Of a DNA stretch of 64,000 nt, positions 28,383 through 41,933 are shown piece after piece. Source of the stretch: Octopus vulgaris (lineage: Eukaryota); assembly GCA_951406725.2 (NCBI GenBank), contig OX597820.1, positions 84,568,001-84,632,000 on the forward strand. Reading direction: 5' to 3'. A program made the position numbers and the translations under genes. The notes under the pieces were generated by a model. It worked only from the letters and a program-made list of their open reading frames with translations. It was not told where the DNA came from and made no database searches. Each line of letters begins with the position of its first letter. Positions within the stretch are counted from its first letter, which is position 1.

Positions 28383-30868
28383 CATGACACCATTGTGGTT
28401 TTTTCGTCTGTCTAGGTAAGAAAAAGAGTGTAAGAAACGAAGCGAAGTTTCGCTTGCTTCTTTTTTCCTTGCAAGCATATAGAATTGAAACTTGATGCAT
28501 TAGGTCTTTAGAACTTTGGAATATAAAGCAAAGAGTGCGCGGAACAAAACCCAAAATTAGGGCGGACTTGATTTAGATGGTTGAGCGATAGAAAGTGCTG
28601 CACCAACCTCATGGACTTATTTATATTTATATTTAGGAGTTAATGTTTCAAAAGATGAGGGGTATGTGAGAACCATAACCAGAATGATTTGATAGGGGAT
28701 TTTCAGAGCAGGTGCAGTATGGTGACACAAACAACATGGATTTCACAAAGTACTCACTATAAAACAGAGACTGGCAACAAGAGATCTAATGTCAACGGTA
28801 ACCCTGGGGTTACGGAAATATATGTATTAATATTTGTATGTATGCATGTAAGCATACATGTATGTATGTATGTATGTATGTATGTATGTATGTATGTATG
28901 TATGTATGTATAGGTGTATATGTTTTCGAGAGTCTGTCTGGAGTAAAAATATGTAAATACATTTACCGTGTTATTTTGTAACCAATAATGTCCTAAGTTG
29001 CATGAGATCATGATATTCCTGTTCCTAATAAATTATTGATAATGTATTGATAGTTTTATAAAATTTTGTTCGTTTACAAATAGCCATTTCAAACGTGTGG
29101 ACTTTTTAATGTGATAATTGATATTACTGAGTTGTGTAACGAATAATATTACTGAATTTTGAAACCGTGATCTTCTTCATTGGATATCCAGCTTATTCCA
29201 CACCGATTTAATTTTGATATCGTTGTTGTAATAATGACATTTATGGTGCAATATAAATTTTGGTAATGTACTCGTATACTTGATGTTATATAATGATACA
29301 GGTGATATGATAATTCTATCATTGCCGTTCATAACAAAATTTGATGTGAGACAACATAGAACCATTGGAAATCTAGGTGTTATCAAATGCATAGTATCGC
29401 TAGCACTACTATTCCGTGTGAAAAACACAATGTTATAGTTATCAATTCCAACATGGGTGCTTATACATAAATACTCTTCTGGAATCACAGTCTTTTAAAA
29501 TCACCATTAAATCTTACTGTTCTGCATATGGCGTCATTAGGAAAATAGTTCTCATGTTAACTAATATATGTTCATATGTTAAGTAATATATAAAACAGTC
29601 CTTGGACGAAAATTGTATGCATATTTTGCTGTAACGGTTAATGGCGGCCAAACCCAGGCTAGAATGGAGCTGAGAATTGGCAGAGATACTAAAGGCGGGG
29701 TGAGGATGAGAACCGCTTTGGTTAAAATTCGTAAGCTATAAATATGTAGTAGCTATGGCAAAAAAGTCTGATTTTTTATCGACTCAAGTGGGGCCAGAGC
29801 CCCTCTAGGTTTGTGCGATTGGCTTTTAATGCCCAGCGACATGCACTGCAGGCTGTTGTGCTTAATAAACATACATTTTGTCGCGAAATTCCGGCTACTA
29901 GGAAAGGACTTTTCATTGTAAAAAAACGAGTGCTTTTTGCCCTCATTTTCTTTTTAATTTTTTTTATAGAAGTGAAAGGATTTCGTGTATTTATTTCTGC
30001 TGTACACTTACGACGCTGATTTACTTGACTAGGTAAACTACACGTGATGAACATCCAATACTAAACTATTTTAATCTACATATTGAAACTGCATTAAACT
30101 TTGGCAAGCTTACCTTTACCTATTCTGAGTTACTTCAAAGGTGATGTTCCCTGCCCTCTCTTCTGATTGTTGATACTTTTTTTTTTTACCTATAATACCG
30201 TTGTTTCATTTTAAGGATGCTTCTTTATCAGGCTATTATGATATTTCGACTACTGTCCATTGTTTCAAATAAGATGTAGCATTGTCATTCCAGCCTTTTT
30301 TAAACATTCCAAAGAATCAACCTTTAAATAAGAGTTTTGCTTTCAATAGCAAAAGCTATGCGCATCTTTCAGGAAGCTCCATACCAATTTAACATTATGC
30401 AGTATTCGCTGTTAGTTTATGTGCACGCTATGTGGGAAGATAGAATAAAGGGGTTTTTGTTAGCTTTTATCTCCGAAAAAAGTAGCTCCCTTTGCTGATG
30501 AAAGAAATAAACTCGCAGAGTCGAAGTTTTAACATCTTCCTTCAATTTCCTTACACCATTTATGTGGCTGTTCCTGACAAGAAATTTCGCTTTCATGTAA
30601 AACAAATATATTTTGTAGTCATTATCTACTCCCAAAACACTTCAGTACCTCTACTTTACATCTCTTGCAAACTTATATGTTCTATGATAATCAAAGTGCA
30701 ACGACCTCCACAATAACCAGCCTTCAACTTGATTTTCCGTTCCTAAGTTAATCAGAAACAGATTGCCATGCTACACATAAACCTTCAAGTATTCGGTGAA
30801 AAAAATACCACGAAAGCAAATTGAACCACCCATATATATATGTATATATGTATGTATATATATATATA

Positions 30869-30958
<90 letters not shown>

Positions 30959-31406
30959 ATATATACAGAAGAGCCAAGAACCATCGCTGATTACAGAATA
31001 TTTAGAAAGAAAAGAGAAGAAAAGCAAAATTTTCAATTATTATTCATTTTTTTAACAAACTTACCATGTATTAAATAGTTCTAGACATTGTTATTTATAT
31101 AATGTTTGAACTGAAATAATTAAAGAATTAATTAACTTTAAAGTCAAGTCTCGCATAAACAGTCAGGTGCCGTGAAATATTACTATGTATCTTTTATTGA
31201 ATTAAACACAAGCGAGATTGTATACAAATCGCTAATTATTCTAGATTGCCATTTTCTTCCAGACTATATAACACGTCATAAATAAATTAACTACCTAATG
31301 GGTTTAACTACGTAAGTTTTTAAATAATGAAGTTTTGTACCGTTTAAACTGATGTTATACATTTAATGACAATAAACAAAATTCATGCTTTCCAGCAAGT
31401 CATTTT

Positions 31407-31451
<45 letters not shown>

Positions 31452-31454
<3 letters not shown>

Positions 31455-31993
31455 TCACTAAATTTATCAAGCTTCTGTGTTTCTAGTACATACTTCGGCT
31501 TTAATCTACTTATATATGAATAATATATGGCCGGTGCTAGAAACACCAGCGAAAATAATTAATTTTATTTTATCGCATTTTGAATTTGTTTACATATTTC
31601 CCGATAAATTTTGAGCGTTAGACTATATACCAGAAATCCCTATTTTGTCGGGTTCGTTCTGCGTCTGCGCAGTGATCTGATTAGTTAGAAAGAGCAAATT
31701 ATTAGACGCACATGTGTCTATCGAGTTGCCCTTCATAATAACAGGATTCTTACCGAAGAGCCTACCTGAGTAAATAAATATTAAATTTATATTTTTTTGC
31801 TGAACAAGGCGAAACTGCAGTCTAAGATGAACAGAGTTAGTAAAAGTTTTTATCTTCATTTCACTAAATTTATCAAGCTTCTGTGTTTCTAGTACATACT
31901 TCGGCTTTAATCTACTTATATATGAATAATATATGGCCGGTGCTAGAAACACCAGCGAAAATAATTAATTTTATTTTATCGCATTTTGAATTT

Positions 31994-31998
<5 letters not shown>
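31452..31998 (+). mobile_element. Retrozyme/PLE-terminal-repeat-like element: 406 bp unit plus 141 bp direct repeat, flanked by (TA)n
   Basis: 31452-31592 is identical by eye to 31858-31998 (offset 406). It contains a hammerhead fold at 31748-31827 and no convincing ORF. Confidence 0.75.
31748..31827 (+). ncRNA. Type I hammerhead ribozyme (minimal stem III, extended stem II, one core substitution)
   Basis: tctta-CCGAAGA-gcct...aggc-GAAA-ctgcag-TC-taaga. Stem I tctta/taaga, stem II gcct/aggc, palindromic ACTGCAGT stem III, predicted cleavage after C31822. The core is CCGA rather than CUGA. Confidence 0.75.
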
Positions 31999-32089
<91 letters not shown>

Positions 32090-32477
32090 TGTGTGTGTAT
32101 GTGACGACGACGACGACGATGATGATGATGATGAAGAGGAGAAAGTCTAATATTGATAATCTGATTCTGTTCAATATGTACAATTCAGATAATCAGTCAC
32201 TAAATAAACAAAGAATTTCGTCTCTTACGCAAAATCTTCATTAGCTTATCAAATATATGTATTTCGATATGCCTCAACTTAAAAAATTGTGTTAGAGATA
32301 TGAAATTCCCTTTTTTATATAGTGCGCAATTCGACGACATTTTACTCATTATACGACCCCCATGTCCAGTACAAACTAGCTAGTCTTATCATCATTCCTG
32401 TGGATATATCATAAATACTGGGTGTGTTTTGTTCTATTCCATGCGATAATATATAATAAGCATTATACATACTTACT

Positions 32478-32520
<43 letters not shown>

Positions 32521-32658
32521 GTGTGTGTGTGTGAGTACATTTTAAATCTGTTTATGGGAAACTTTATGAATTTGCCGCCAGTTGTATAATGGTACTGACG
32601 AGCGGGCAACTTTTTCGGGGTTGCTTCAAGTTGAACCGTTATCATATAGGATAAAGAA

Positions 32659-32957
32659 AATGATAATAATAATTCCTGGATGGAATTTATATATATTTAA
32701 AGTATAGCTACGCGCGTTTCCACTGATCACATGACTCTTAGGATCACACTCCCTATTCCTTAGATGATTGCAGAGAAATATCAATGGGTATGCAGTCGAT
32801 CGCCAACATTGACCGGCTGACCATGGATAATACGGACTATACTGTAATCATCCCAGATATACGGACGGGAATCATAAGAATCATGAGAACACTGGATACG
32901 CGCGTAGCGATTCATTATATATTTATAAATTTCATTCAAGTATCATTGTTATTATTT
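32659..32957. repeat. ~300 bp imperfect palindrome (foldback/MITE-like)
   Basis: gctacgcgcgtttccactgatcacatgactctta (32707) pairs with taagaatcatgagaacactggatacgcgcgtagc (32875-32908). Complementarity extends outward and inward (gatgattgcag / ctgtaatcatc), with the centre near 32803. Confidence 0.8.
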
Positions 32958-32979
32958 GTATTATATACATGCATGTATG

Positions 32980-33039
<60 letters not shown>

Positions 33040-33114
33040 CATGTATGTATTTATGTATGTATGCATAATTAATTATAGAATGATAGATACATGTATTTTG
33101 CATATTTACCGATC

Positions 33115-33380
33115 AGTAGTTTCAGTCATCAGACTCTAGCCTTGCTTCGGCACCACCTTGAACCCATCCCAGTAATTTTCTTTTCCTAAACCCGGAACTT
33201 ACCCGAGAGGTCAAACCGTTAATTTACGCAGACGTAAACGCACTATTTCCGGTTGTCAAGCAGAGGTGGGGACAAACAAACTCACTCACACACACACAGG
33301 CACAGACACACGCTCACAAACATATACGATGGGATTTTCTCAGCTCCCGTCTACCAAATTCACTAACAAAGCTTTCGTCG
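33115..33380 (-). mobile_element. Degenerate SINE family B fragment
   Basis: tttcagtcat..., acgtaaac, ggttgtcaagc and ccgtctaccaaattcac are colinear with the copy at 27905-28288. Confidence 0.6.
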
Positions 33381-33435
33381 GCATATATATGTGTGTTGCG
33401 TGTAATGTATGTGTGTATATGTATACACACACATC

Positions 33436-33492
<57 letters not shown>

Positions 33493-33619
33493 AAAGGGCT
33501 TAGTAAAATAAGCCCTTTTATATAATGTAATAATTTGAATTCGCCTTAAATGGTCCCTTTGCATACTGAACACTAGGTGAAATTGATTAATAATTAATTA
33601 ATTTTACCCTCAATTGTTG

Positions 33620-33676
<57 letters not shown>

Positions 33677-33742
33677 AGTGTGTGTGTGTATAGACTGATA
33701 AACAGAGAGAGAGGAAATGAGGAAAATGGGAGTGAGAGAGAA

Positions 33743-33817
<75 letters not shown>

Positions 33818-33828
33818 CATATATATGA

Positions 33829-33870
<42 letters not shown>

Positions 33871-33881
33871 TTATACATACA

Positions 33882-33913
<32 letters not shown>

Positions 33914-34169
33914 GAGAGTGGGTTTTGAGAGTTTAGAGTACGGTAGGGTAAATAGTTGGTGTATTTCGTTTACCACATTCAGAATGACAACCTGGCAACC
34001 TATGCACCAACAATATAACTAACAATGAAAAATAACCCGCTGATGCAAAACCTTGAGGTGCCTCACTCGTTAGACGCCTTATTAATAGAAATCCCGAGTA
34101 ATAAATAATATAACTAGACGAAGACTGAACAGAGTCCAAATATAAATCATAACATTTCTGTTATGATTT

Positions 34170-36870
34170 TTGATGGAATTCACTTCACTCATGTTGTTGC
34201 ACAATTAACAGGGCTTACCTCTCATGCGGCTGTTTTTCAAGGTTAGCCTGCAGATACACCAATGTTTCTTTTCTTGTAGTCAGAAATAGAGGTCAATAAT
34301 TCTCTTATATTCTTATTCGTCTAAAGTCTACAATAGGCGGCTGGGGAGATATCTGTGTGAAACGAGGATTTTTTTCACCACATGCTGGTAGCTTTCATGC
34401 AACAATTTTGAAACACCAGCGAAACTTCGGTGCCAGTTAATCACTAAAGAATTCTCTCATCTATTGTATTTGGTTTGCTAAAATTATGCGTGAAGGTTTG
34501 ACTATCTTTGTAAATCTTCCTTTGCTATTTTCTTTAATCGTGATTCACTGTAACCGCATTTGACAAAAGCATTCGCATGTTTCCAATGATCACCTATGTC
34601 AGTAGAAATCCCCTCTATCCGCAAAATTTGGGATTTCGGATTTGACCGAATAATATGATGTGGATGATTGGAGCGGCAGTGGAGAAAATGTGGGATTACA
34701 TGGGCTTGCAAAATAACTCTGTCATTATTCTGCCTCCAGAAAACTTAACTTTGTTATTCGAAAATTCAACGTGAGTTTTCGAAAACCTAGATGTAAATTA
34801 TATTTTGGACTTAAAGCCATAGTTGTTTTAGTATAACACTAACAGAAATGTAAGAATTCAATTTAACTATCTTGTGATCCTTCTCAGACAAAAAAGACTT
34901 CACCAATGAACCGTAACCAGAGAACTGGTTCACGACCATGAAGGGATTTGAATATATTCAGTAACTGTCTCGAATATCGTTACGAAGACTTGAGCGAAAT
35001 TAATTGTCATGGGGGTACCCATGGCGCAATCCCTCGTTTGGTGGTAAAATCTTTGTCCAAAATTCAGTGTGTTGCTTTGTAAAACAAAACGCAATAATCT
35101 CCAGGGAAAAGTTGATGGAACACTTTTGTTTGACCTCTTTTCGAAGGCATCTAAGCATGCTTCTATCCCTTCATCGTCGTTAATATTGGGATATAAGGAA
35201 GAAACAACCATGGTTACCAAAATCAGGTTCTAGATACGCCTCGGTGCTAAAAGAAGTTGTTGATTTTCGACAGAAAATCAAAAATATCCCGAGTATAGGA
35301 ACTTGGCTTTTTTGCGACAGGGAGTAGAAAACCATACAGCCATTCCGAAATTTTGCCCGTGCAGCATATCTGCTGCAAATTGGGCACATTGGAGGGAAGT
35401 TTTCGAACATTTTCTACTGGTGTCCTTCCTGACAGTAAATTCCTGGATTCAGCTTTATTAATGAAATTATTTTCCGCCATTTCCAGAATTATTTTTTTTG
35501 TCAAATTCCTCTTCGTAATTGGGATTTCGATGGACAGGTAATTCTTCATAAGCCCAAATATCCCCATTTTTTGTCTATAATTATGACTGCCCCTTCCTTT
35601 ATTCACCATTTTAACAACATTAGAATCGTAATTAACTAGACTTCGGAGTGCGTAATCCTGGGAATGTGTCAGGTTATTCCAGGACTACTTTCCACTTGTT
35701 TTAAAGCTTTCTCTAATACATGTTTGACAAGATTGAAGAAATTCCAGTAGTACTTGTGAACGTCCATCCCGAACTTTACCTGGATACCAATTGAGATACT
35801 TTTCAATCCAATCTTGCCAGGTTCGATCACCATCATTCTTATTTTCAGTAAATATAGGGTTTTCCGTCTCCACGTTATCAGTTTTTTCAAAAAAATTTCT
35901 TCAGCTAGTGACGGCAGACAAATTGAAAGAGACCTTGAGCTAGTTTATTCTTGTCGAATTTCTTAGTGCTTGGGTAGAATCTCAACCCAAACTCCAAGAC
36001 TGAGATATTGTTGGGAAAAAGTTTTAGTTTAGATAAATTTTTGACCGACTTATTCTATAGTGTGATGGATTTTCCCGGGTATGTGGTTTTCAGAGTCTTA
36101 CTCTCATTACATTCCTGACTACGTTTTGGGCTTTTCACGAGATCATCACTTAAACCATCGACCCTATTGAGTGATAAAATTTGTTCTGAATATTCATGTG
36201 AGAAGTTATAATTTTTAATCGTCTTTCTAGAGTCATCAATTCCTGGGTGAGTGCTAGAAGTCGGTGACTTCTGTGGTTTTTGTAAACACTTGAACAACAT
36301 TTACTTTCGGGAAAGGAACGAATTTATTGATTTTCTGGCAAAATCTTAAATGTGCTCCCATTTTTGATTGATCAAATAAAAACACGTCTCTAGTGCGTTT
36401 CAATGACCAGTTCAAATACATAGGCCAAGGCAAGAAGTCCACAGTCAAATGCGCCAACTTCGGAATTAGATATATGAACGTGTTCAACTGTATTTATTAT
36501 GTTTTTTTGTGGTGAGTACAGCATTGTTATTTGTGCTATTAGTTCTTGTGATACTGGAAATTTCATACTGTCAGAATTATAAACATCTCCAAAAAAATGG
36601 TCGACGAAACAAAATAATTGTTTCTGGTATGATGAATGAAGTGTGTGCTGTGTGGTCTGTATGTTAGAAATTCTGTGTGAGAAAAAAAAAATATTCAGTT
36701 GTATTGGAATTTCAGGAAAGATTTCCCGATGCGATTCTCAACCCGGCACCAAGAAGTTTATCAGTTTGAAGTGCATATTATCAGAAAATATTCTAAATCT
36801 TCTCAACTTTGACTTCTCGAAATGCATGAGGAGAAATATATTTGCGGGTTATTAAAACCACACCCTTCAG
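34170..36870 (-). mobile_element. Penelope-like element (Neptune-like linker), degenerate; no GIY-YIG domain seen at its 3' end
   Basis: N-terminal VKNLSKLKL...SVLEFGLRFYPS (~36040-35970), VKMVNKGRAVII (DKG motif), RT SSLYPNI..DEGIEA, FGQRFYHQTRDCAMGTPM, thumb HCRSNHPHHIIRSNPKSQILRI, CGYS, linker PQPPIVDFRR and Cys-containing RGKPC*LC. Many frameshifts. Confidence 0.85.
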
Positions 36871-37294
36871 GAATGTATAAAATGACAGTAGAATATCAAA
36901 TTCATACAAAACTGTTGTGTATGCCCCATTGTGGCTGGCAAAATGTGCATCTCTGATCACGAGCAGAATTAGTAAGGGAGCATTGTAGCCATAAGTTGAG
37001 AGAAATTATTTTGGGTTTGAATAATTCATCTTTAGAGACATTGGTGCTTCGTACATCCTTAAATGATCCTTATTCAGGGACTTTTTGAGCAGGATGGGCT
37101 ACTCGACATGGAGGAAATTCCAGCTGTGCCCTACCTTCAAGTTCATGTGCTCTTTATCTTGATGTGAGACTACTATGTCGCACACATATGTTTGTGATGT
37201 ATGTGCCTGGTGTGCATTATCAGACGGGTAGTCATGAAAGGCATACTGGGCTTCGTATATTTTACCTCAGTGTCACTTGGAAACCAGAATTTAC

Positions 37295-37500
37295 TGCTAG
37301 AAAAACAAAAAGGATGAAGGAAAATTACTAGAGGTACTTATGATCTGTACATCGACAAAGCAGTTCTAAATGAAGCAAAAGCTAGAAAGAAAAGAACTAA
37401 CAATAGAATCGGTAGATTATAAGAAAGCTTATGACATGATCCAAACTCATGGAAAAGTGATTGTCTGGGTAAATTCAGTATAGCAGACAACATAAGAGAG
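37295..37500 (+). pseudogene. R4/Dong-like RT fragment
   Basis: EKQKG*RK..RGT.D..YIDKAVL.EAK...VDYKKAYDMI..SW...CL..F.IADNI. Confidence 0.75.
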
Positions 37501-37504
37501 TTAA

Positions 37505-39260
37505 CATTACTCATTAACGTACTAGTTAGTCTTAGATATGGCTGTTACATACACTCTGTTTCTTCGCTTAATTTCTTTGACTATTTTGCATCTACATCAT
37601 GATTGACTGGCTTATCCCAAATATTATTCCAGAACTGTCTAGCTGCTCTGCATATCTTTTCTCGTCTGCAGTACTTCGTTCATCACTATATATTTGTTTA
37701 TAAAATCTCAGGTGTGTCTCAAATAAGCTATTCTCTTTATACTGATCTATTTCTTCTGATATCTGGAGGGCTTGCCAGCTACAGCTATGATACGCTGTTT
37801 TATTTCTTCTATTACTGTCTCAAATACTTTCTCTTACACTACGTCACTTTTCCCAACGGAAGATTTGCATCTTGTGTGCCTCTAGTTTGTTCAGATGTTG
37901 CAATAGAATTTTTACTTATTTTGTAGTCTCCTTTTCCACATTTGCTCTTTTTTCTTCTTTACCTGTGAAATATCAAATCTTCTAGTAGCTACTACACCTC
38001 CTCCATACAGTAATAGGTAAGTGCCTCCAATATTCTTAGTATCTGTCCTACTAATAACAGAATCTACTTCCCTTGTTATTTACAAGTCATCTACAATCTT
38101 CTGATCTTCCTCACTTAAATCACTTAAGTCACAAGTGTCAGTTATCCCTTCCTAATTGATAGCGCTATTATCATTTTTTCATTTAGGTTCTTCTTTGGTT
38201 TCAGCTGTGTCTCTTACATCTTTTTTTCTTTCCAAATGCCTGGACTTTCTTTTCCAGTTCTCTTGTGATCTCTTCTGCCCTCCAAGTTTGTCATTCACTT
38301 TCTTCTCCAAATAGCATTAGTTTGATATATTAATCTCTACTCACTTGCTAAAATATGCCCTTCTCTACCCAAAATGATATCATCTGTTTTCTCTAGCCCC
38401 TTCGTTTAGGTTCACTTTCTGAATAGCACTCTATCGCAATCTCTTTTTTTTTTTCGCAGGTCCACTTCCTCCTCCTTAATATATTATCTGCTAATGCTGT
38501 ATTAGGATAACATCTGTGATCAGTCTGCATCTTTACTGAACTACTGCTGAGCGAAAGTGCCTCTCCCTTAAATGTCCAGCTTCATTTTTACTATTACAAC
38601 CAGCATCTTTCGGGAAATCGTCTCTCATAAACTGAAGTAAGGTAACTTTTGTCACCAACGTCATCACCACTATTACTTTCCTACATCTGATAGTTTCATG
38701 CAACTTTTATATTTCATCATTTGTTGCGCATTTGTGTTGGTGGGGTGGTGTATGCTGCATTTTCAATTTTTCGAGTGATTTGGTGGGGTATTGTATCATT
38801 ATGCTTTGTTAGGAGGTTTGGTTTGAGTCTTCTCTATTAATTTTTGCATTGTGTGATTTTGTGCAACGCAGTTTGTGTTTTCTGTCGGGTATCGACCTTC
38901 CATTTGCACTTACTTCATTCTGTTGGGTATTTACAGTATGAGTTTATTCCTGTATGTTTTTGGAGGACTGTTTCATCGTTGTCTGTGTAAATCATAAATC
39001 AACTTTCTTCATAGTACTAATGGATATATATCCCCCTTCTTTCTCTTGTAGTTGGTTTTGTTATGAGCTCTTTTTGAAGTTTTGCCTTTTCAACTGAACA
39101 CCGCCCATGGATATGTGTTGATGATTCTTCCGTTGATATAAGTATTATTGATGTATCAGCGAAAAATCTAGAAGAAGTAACAATGTGCTTATATGGAGAG
39201 ATTTTGCTTTAATATTCTCCATATGAGAAAAAATCTTCCTGAGACATTAAGACATAGTTT
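37505..39260 (-). mobile_element. R4/Dong-like N-terminal (pre-RT) region, heavily degraded
   Basis: RQFWNNIWDKPVNH at ~37640-37600 is typical of the pre-RT region, and the strand is purine-rich. The upper boundary is uncertain. Confidence 0.5.
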
Positions 39261-39323
39261 TCATTCATTGTTTTTGAGGATTCTTAATTCCTGCTTCGTG
39301 ATGGTTTCAGATTTGATTGATTG

Positions 39324-39359
<36 letters not shown>

Positions 39360-39392
39360 ATTACTACTACTACTACTACAACAACAACAACA

Positions 39393-39438
<46 letters not shown>

Positions 39439-39439
39439 T

Positions 39440-40460
39440 GTACTTTTAATCTGCATGTTTTTACAATCACTCGACGAGACATATCCTCCGTTCTAGGGCA
39501 AGTGAAGGATAATAGATGTTACTGTATGAATGAAAGCTTGAAGAGGGTATGTAGCAGGGGCAGTAGTGAAATATCTTCATGTAATACAATACATTTAAAT
39601 TGATAGGGTTTTTCTAAACATGTGTGCAGTATTTGTCAGCACAATATTTTGGGTTTCTCTGAGTCATGGTTCTCTCGAGATATTATTTAGATGTTTCAGA
39701 TTTCTCTTTTCATACCAAGGGTACCCACAATTACAGGAACGGATCTCGCTTGAATATTCCACGTATTTTGTATTCTTATTTCCAGATCCTTATATTTATT
39801 TAATTTGTCAATTCCTTTATAAATATATTTTTATCAGTGGTGATACTTACGTCTATTAGTCTACAAGTATTTCTTTCTTCTCACTCTTTAATGACTATGT
39901 CTAGTCGATTATCCTGGATCATTCTGTGGGTGCTGAATAGAAAATCCCAGAGGATAATGACACTTTTACCTTCAACGACTGGATCAGGATGATGTTCATA
40001 CGATTCAGCATGGATTCTGATTTTGTAGTGTTTTCTTATTTTGCGATGTAAAAACTGTCCTGCCCTATCGTGGTGATATTTGTTATATGTTTGGTGTCAT
40101 CACAGGACATCCCGAAACGAGATGGTCTATTGTTTCATCAAATTTCCTGCAGAATCTGCATTTCTGTCAGGGCTGCTTTGAAAAACGTTAACCTAGTAGT
40201 TTTTGGTTAGCAAGCTTTGATCTTGTGCCACCAATATGAAACCTTCAGTCTCTGCTTTCAGTCCGGAGCTTCTCAACCACTGGTGAATTGGTCTCCATCA
40301 GCATTTCTGATTCGAAGTATATACAGTCCATGCAGAGGCTTCTGGCTCCACCACTCCTCAATTTGCTTCTGCCAGTGTTTGATATGTTTTGCTTTTTTCT
40401 AGGCAATGGTTCAGGTGCTTGATCTAATTCAGTATTAAAGTTACCTTTAAAATGGCCCAT
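39440..40460 (-). mobile_element. R4/Dong-like LINE 3' fragment ending in the (TAG)/(TAA) array at 39325-39438
   Basis: ETEGFILVAQDQSL, KCRFCRKFDETIDHLVSGCP (CCHC), PVIVGTLG...TAHMFRKTL. Confidence 0.85.
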
Positions 40461-40461
40461 A

Positions 40462-40775
40462 AAATAAGTACGAGTGAAACTCTGGGGTCGATGTAAGCGA
40501 ATAGACCCTTTTCCGCAAAGTTCTGTTTTGTGACTTTAGTTGAATGGGTTATTATCATCAATGAGGTTGCGAGAAACCATAAACGTCAGTAAGCTGAGAA
40601 AAATGCTTAGCGGCATTTCGTCAGTCTTTATGATCTGAGTTCAAATTCTATGGAGGTCAACGATGCCGTTCATCCTTCGGAGACTATAAAATAGGTGTCA
40701 TCTGAGTAGTGCTGTTGATATTATAAACTTCCCACTTCCCTGAAACTGAGGGACTTGTACTAAAATCTGAAGTTA
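40462..40775 (+). mobile_element. SINE family A: a 3' fragment followed by a fuller copy
   Basis: aaatgcttagcggcatttcgtcagtcttta..tctgagttcaaattc...gaggtcaac...tcatccttcgg and aaataagtac...ctggggtcgatgtaa. Confidence 0.7.
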
Positions 40776-40865
40776 TTATTTTTCTTTCCTCACTTTTAAA
40801 CGCGAATGGCGAATAAAAGTACAACTTACAAAGATGGAGAAGAAGAAGAAGAAGAAGAAGAAGAA

Positions 40866-40897
<32 letters not shown>

Positions 40898-40944
40898 CGA
40901 AGAAGTAGAAGGAGAAGAAGAAGAAGAAGAAGAAGAAGAAGAAG

Positions 40945-40975
<31 letters not shown>

Positions 40976-41590
40976 CGAAGAAGTAGAAGAAGAAGAAGGT
41001 GATGAAGAAAATGGATGAAAACGGTAAGGGAAACAAGAGGAGGGGGAGGAGGGGAAAATAGGAATAGTAGCGAAAGTATTACAATACTATTGAGTTAAAA
41101 TTCTTATTTAACGAAATATATAGGCAGACAAATTTGCGTATATAGACTGTGTACCTCTGTGCCAGAATTATCGATTTATTGAACATATATTCCCTTTAGC
41201 ACCAAAACTACTACCATAAAAATTCTCAAGTACGCCATTCACGTCCTATACTGTACATTTTGCAGTCCTAATAGATAATAGATCCCCGTAAAGCCCTGTG
41301 GTTATTTCCATCTACTTGATCAATAGAATAGATAGAGCTTGAAAAGAAGCTAGCTCCGCATATACACGATGCTTCATTGGAGTTGATCTGTTATTTACAT
41401 AAAATACAGTTTTTATGGCATAATATATGATGCTATATCACGCCATTATACCATGCTACAGTTACTAGAGATGTTCAGCGTAGATAGTTTGAGGCGCCTT
41501 TTACAAGATACATATACACTCATAATATATACTAGCATACACACACACACGTGTATGTATGTGTATGTAAGTATGTGTGTGAGTGTGTGA

Positions 41591-41635
<45 letters not shown>

Positions 41636-41690
41636 GAAGCACATATGTACGCATGCATATATAGAAACTTGTGTGTGAAAATATTTGTGG

Positions 41691-41727
<37 letters not shown>

Positions 41728-41773
41728 CATAAAAATATGTATGTATATATGTACATAAATATATAATATGTAT

Positions 41774-41821
<48 letters not shown>

Positions 41822-41879
41822 GGCGATATATATAAACATAAAAATATGTATGTATATATGTACATAAATATATAATATG

Positions 41880-41933
<54 letters not shown>

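Noticed and set aside
29638-29745. ATGGCGGC, reverse CCAAT, GGCGGGG and TATAAAT cluster resembling a promoter
   Set aside because: Short motifs with no supported downstream gene; chance cannot be excluded.
34105-34150. ctagacga-agact-gaacag-agtc-caaa next to the PLE end
   Set aside because: Both core segments are altered and no GUH or stem I is found; too weak to call.
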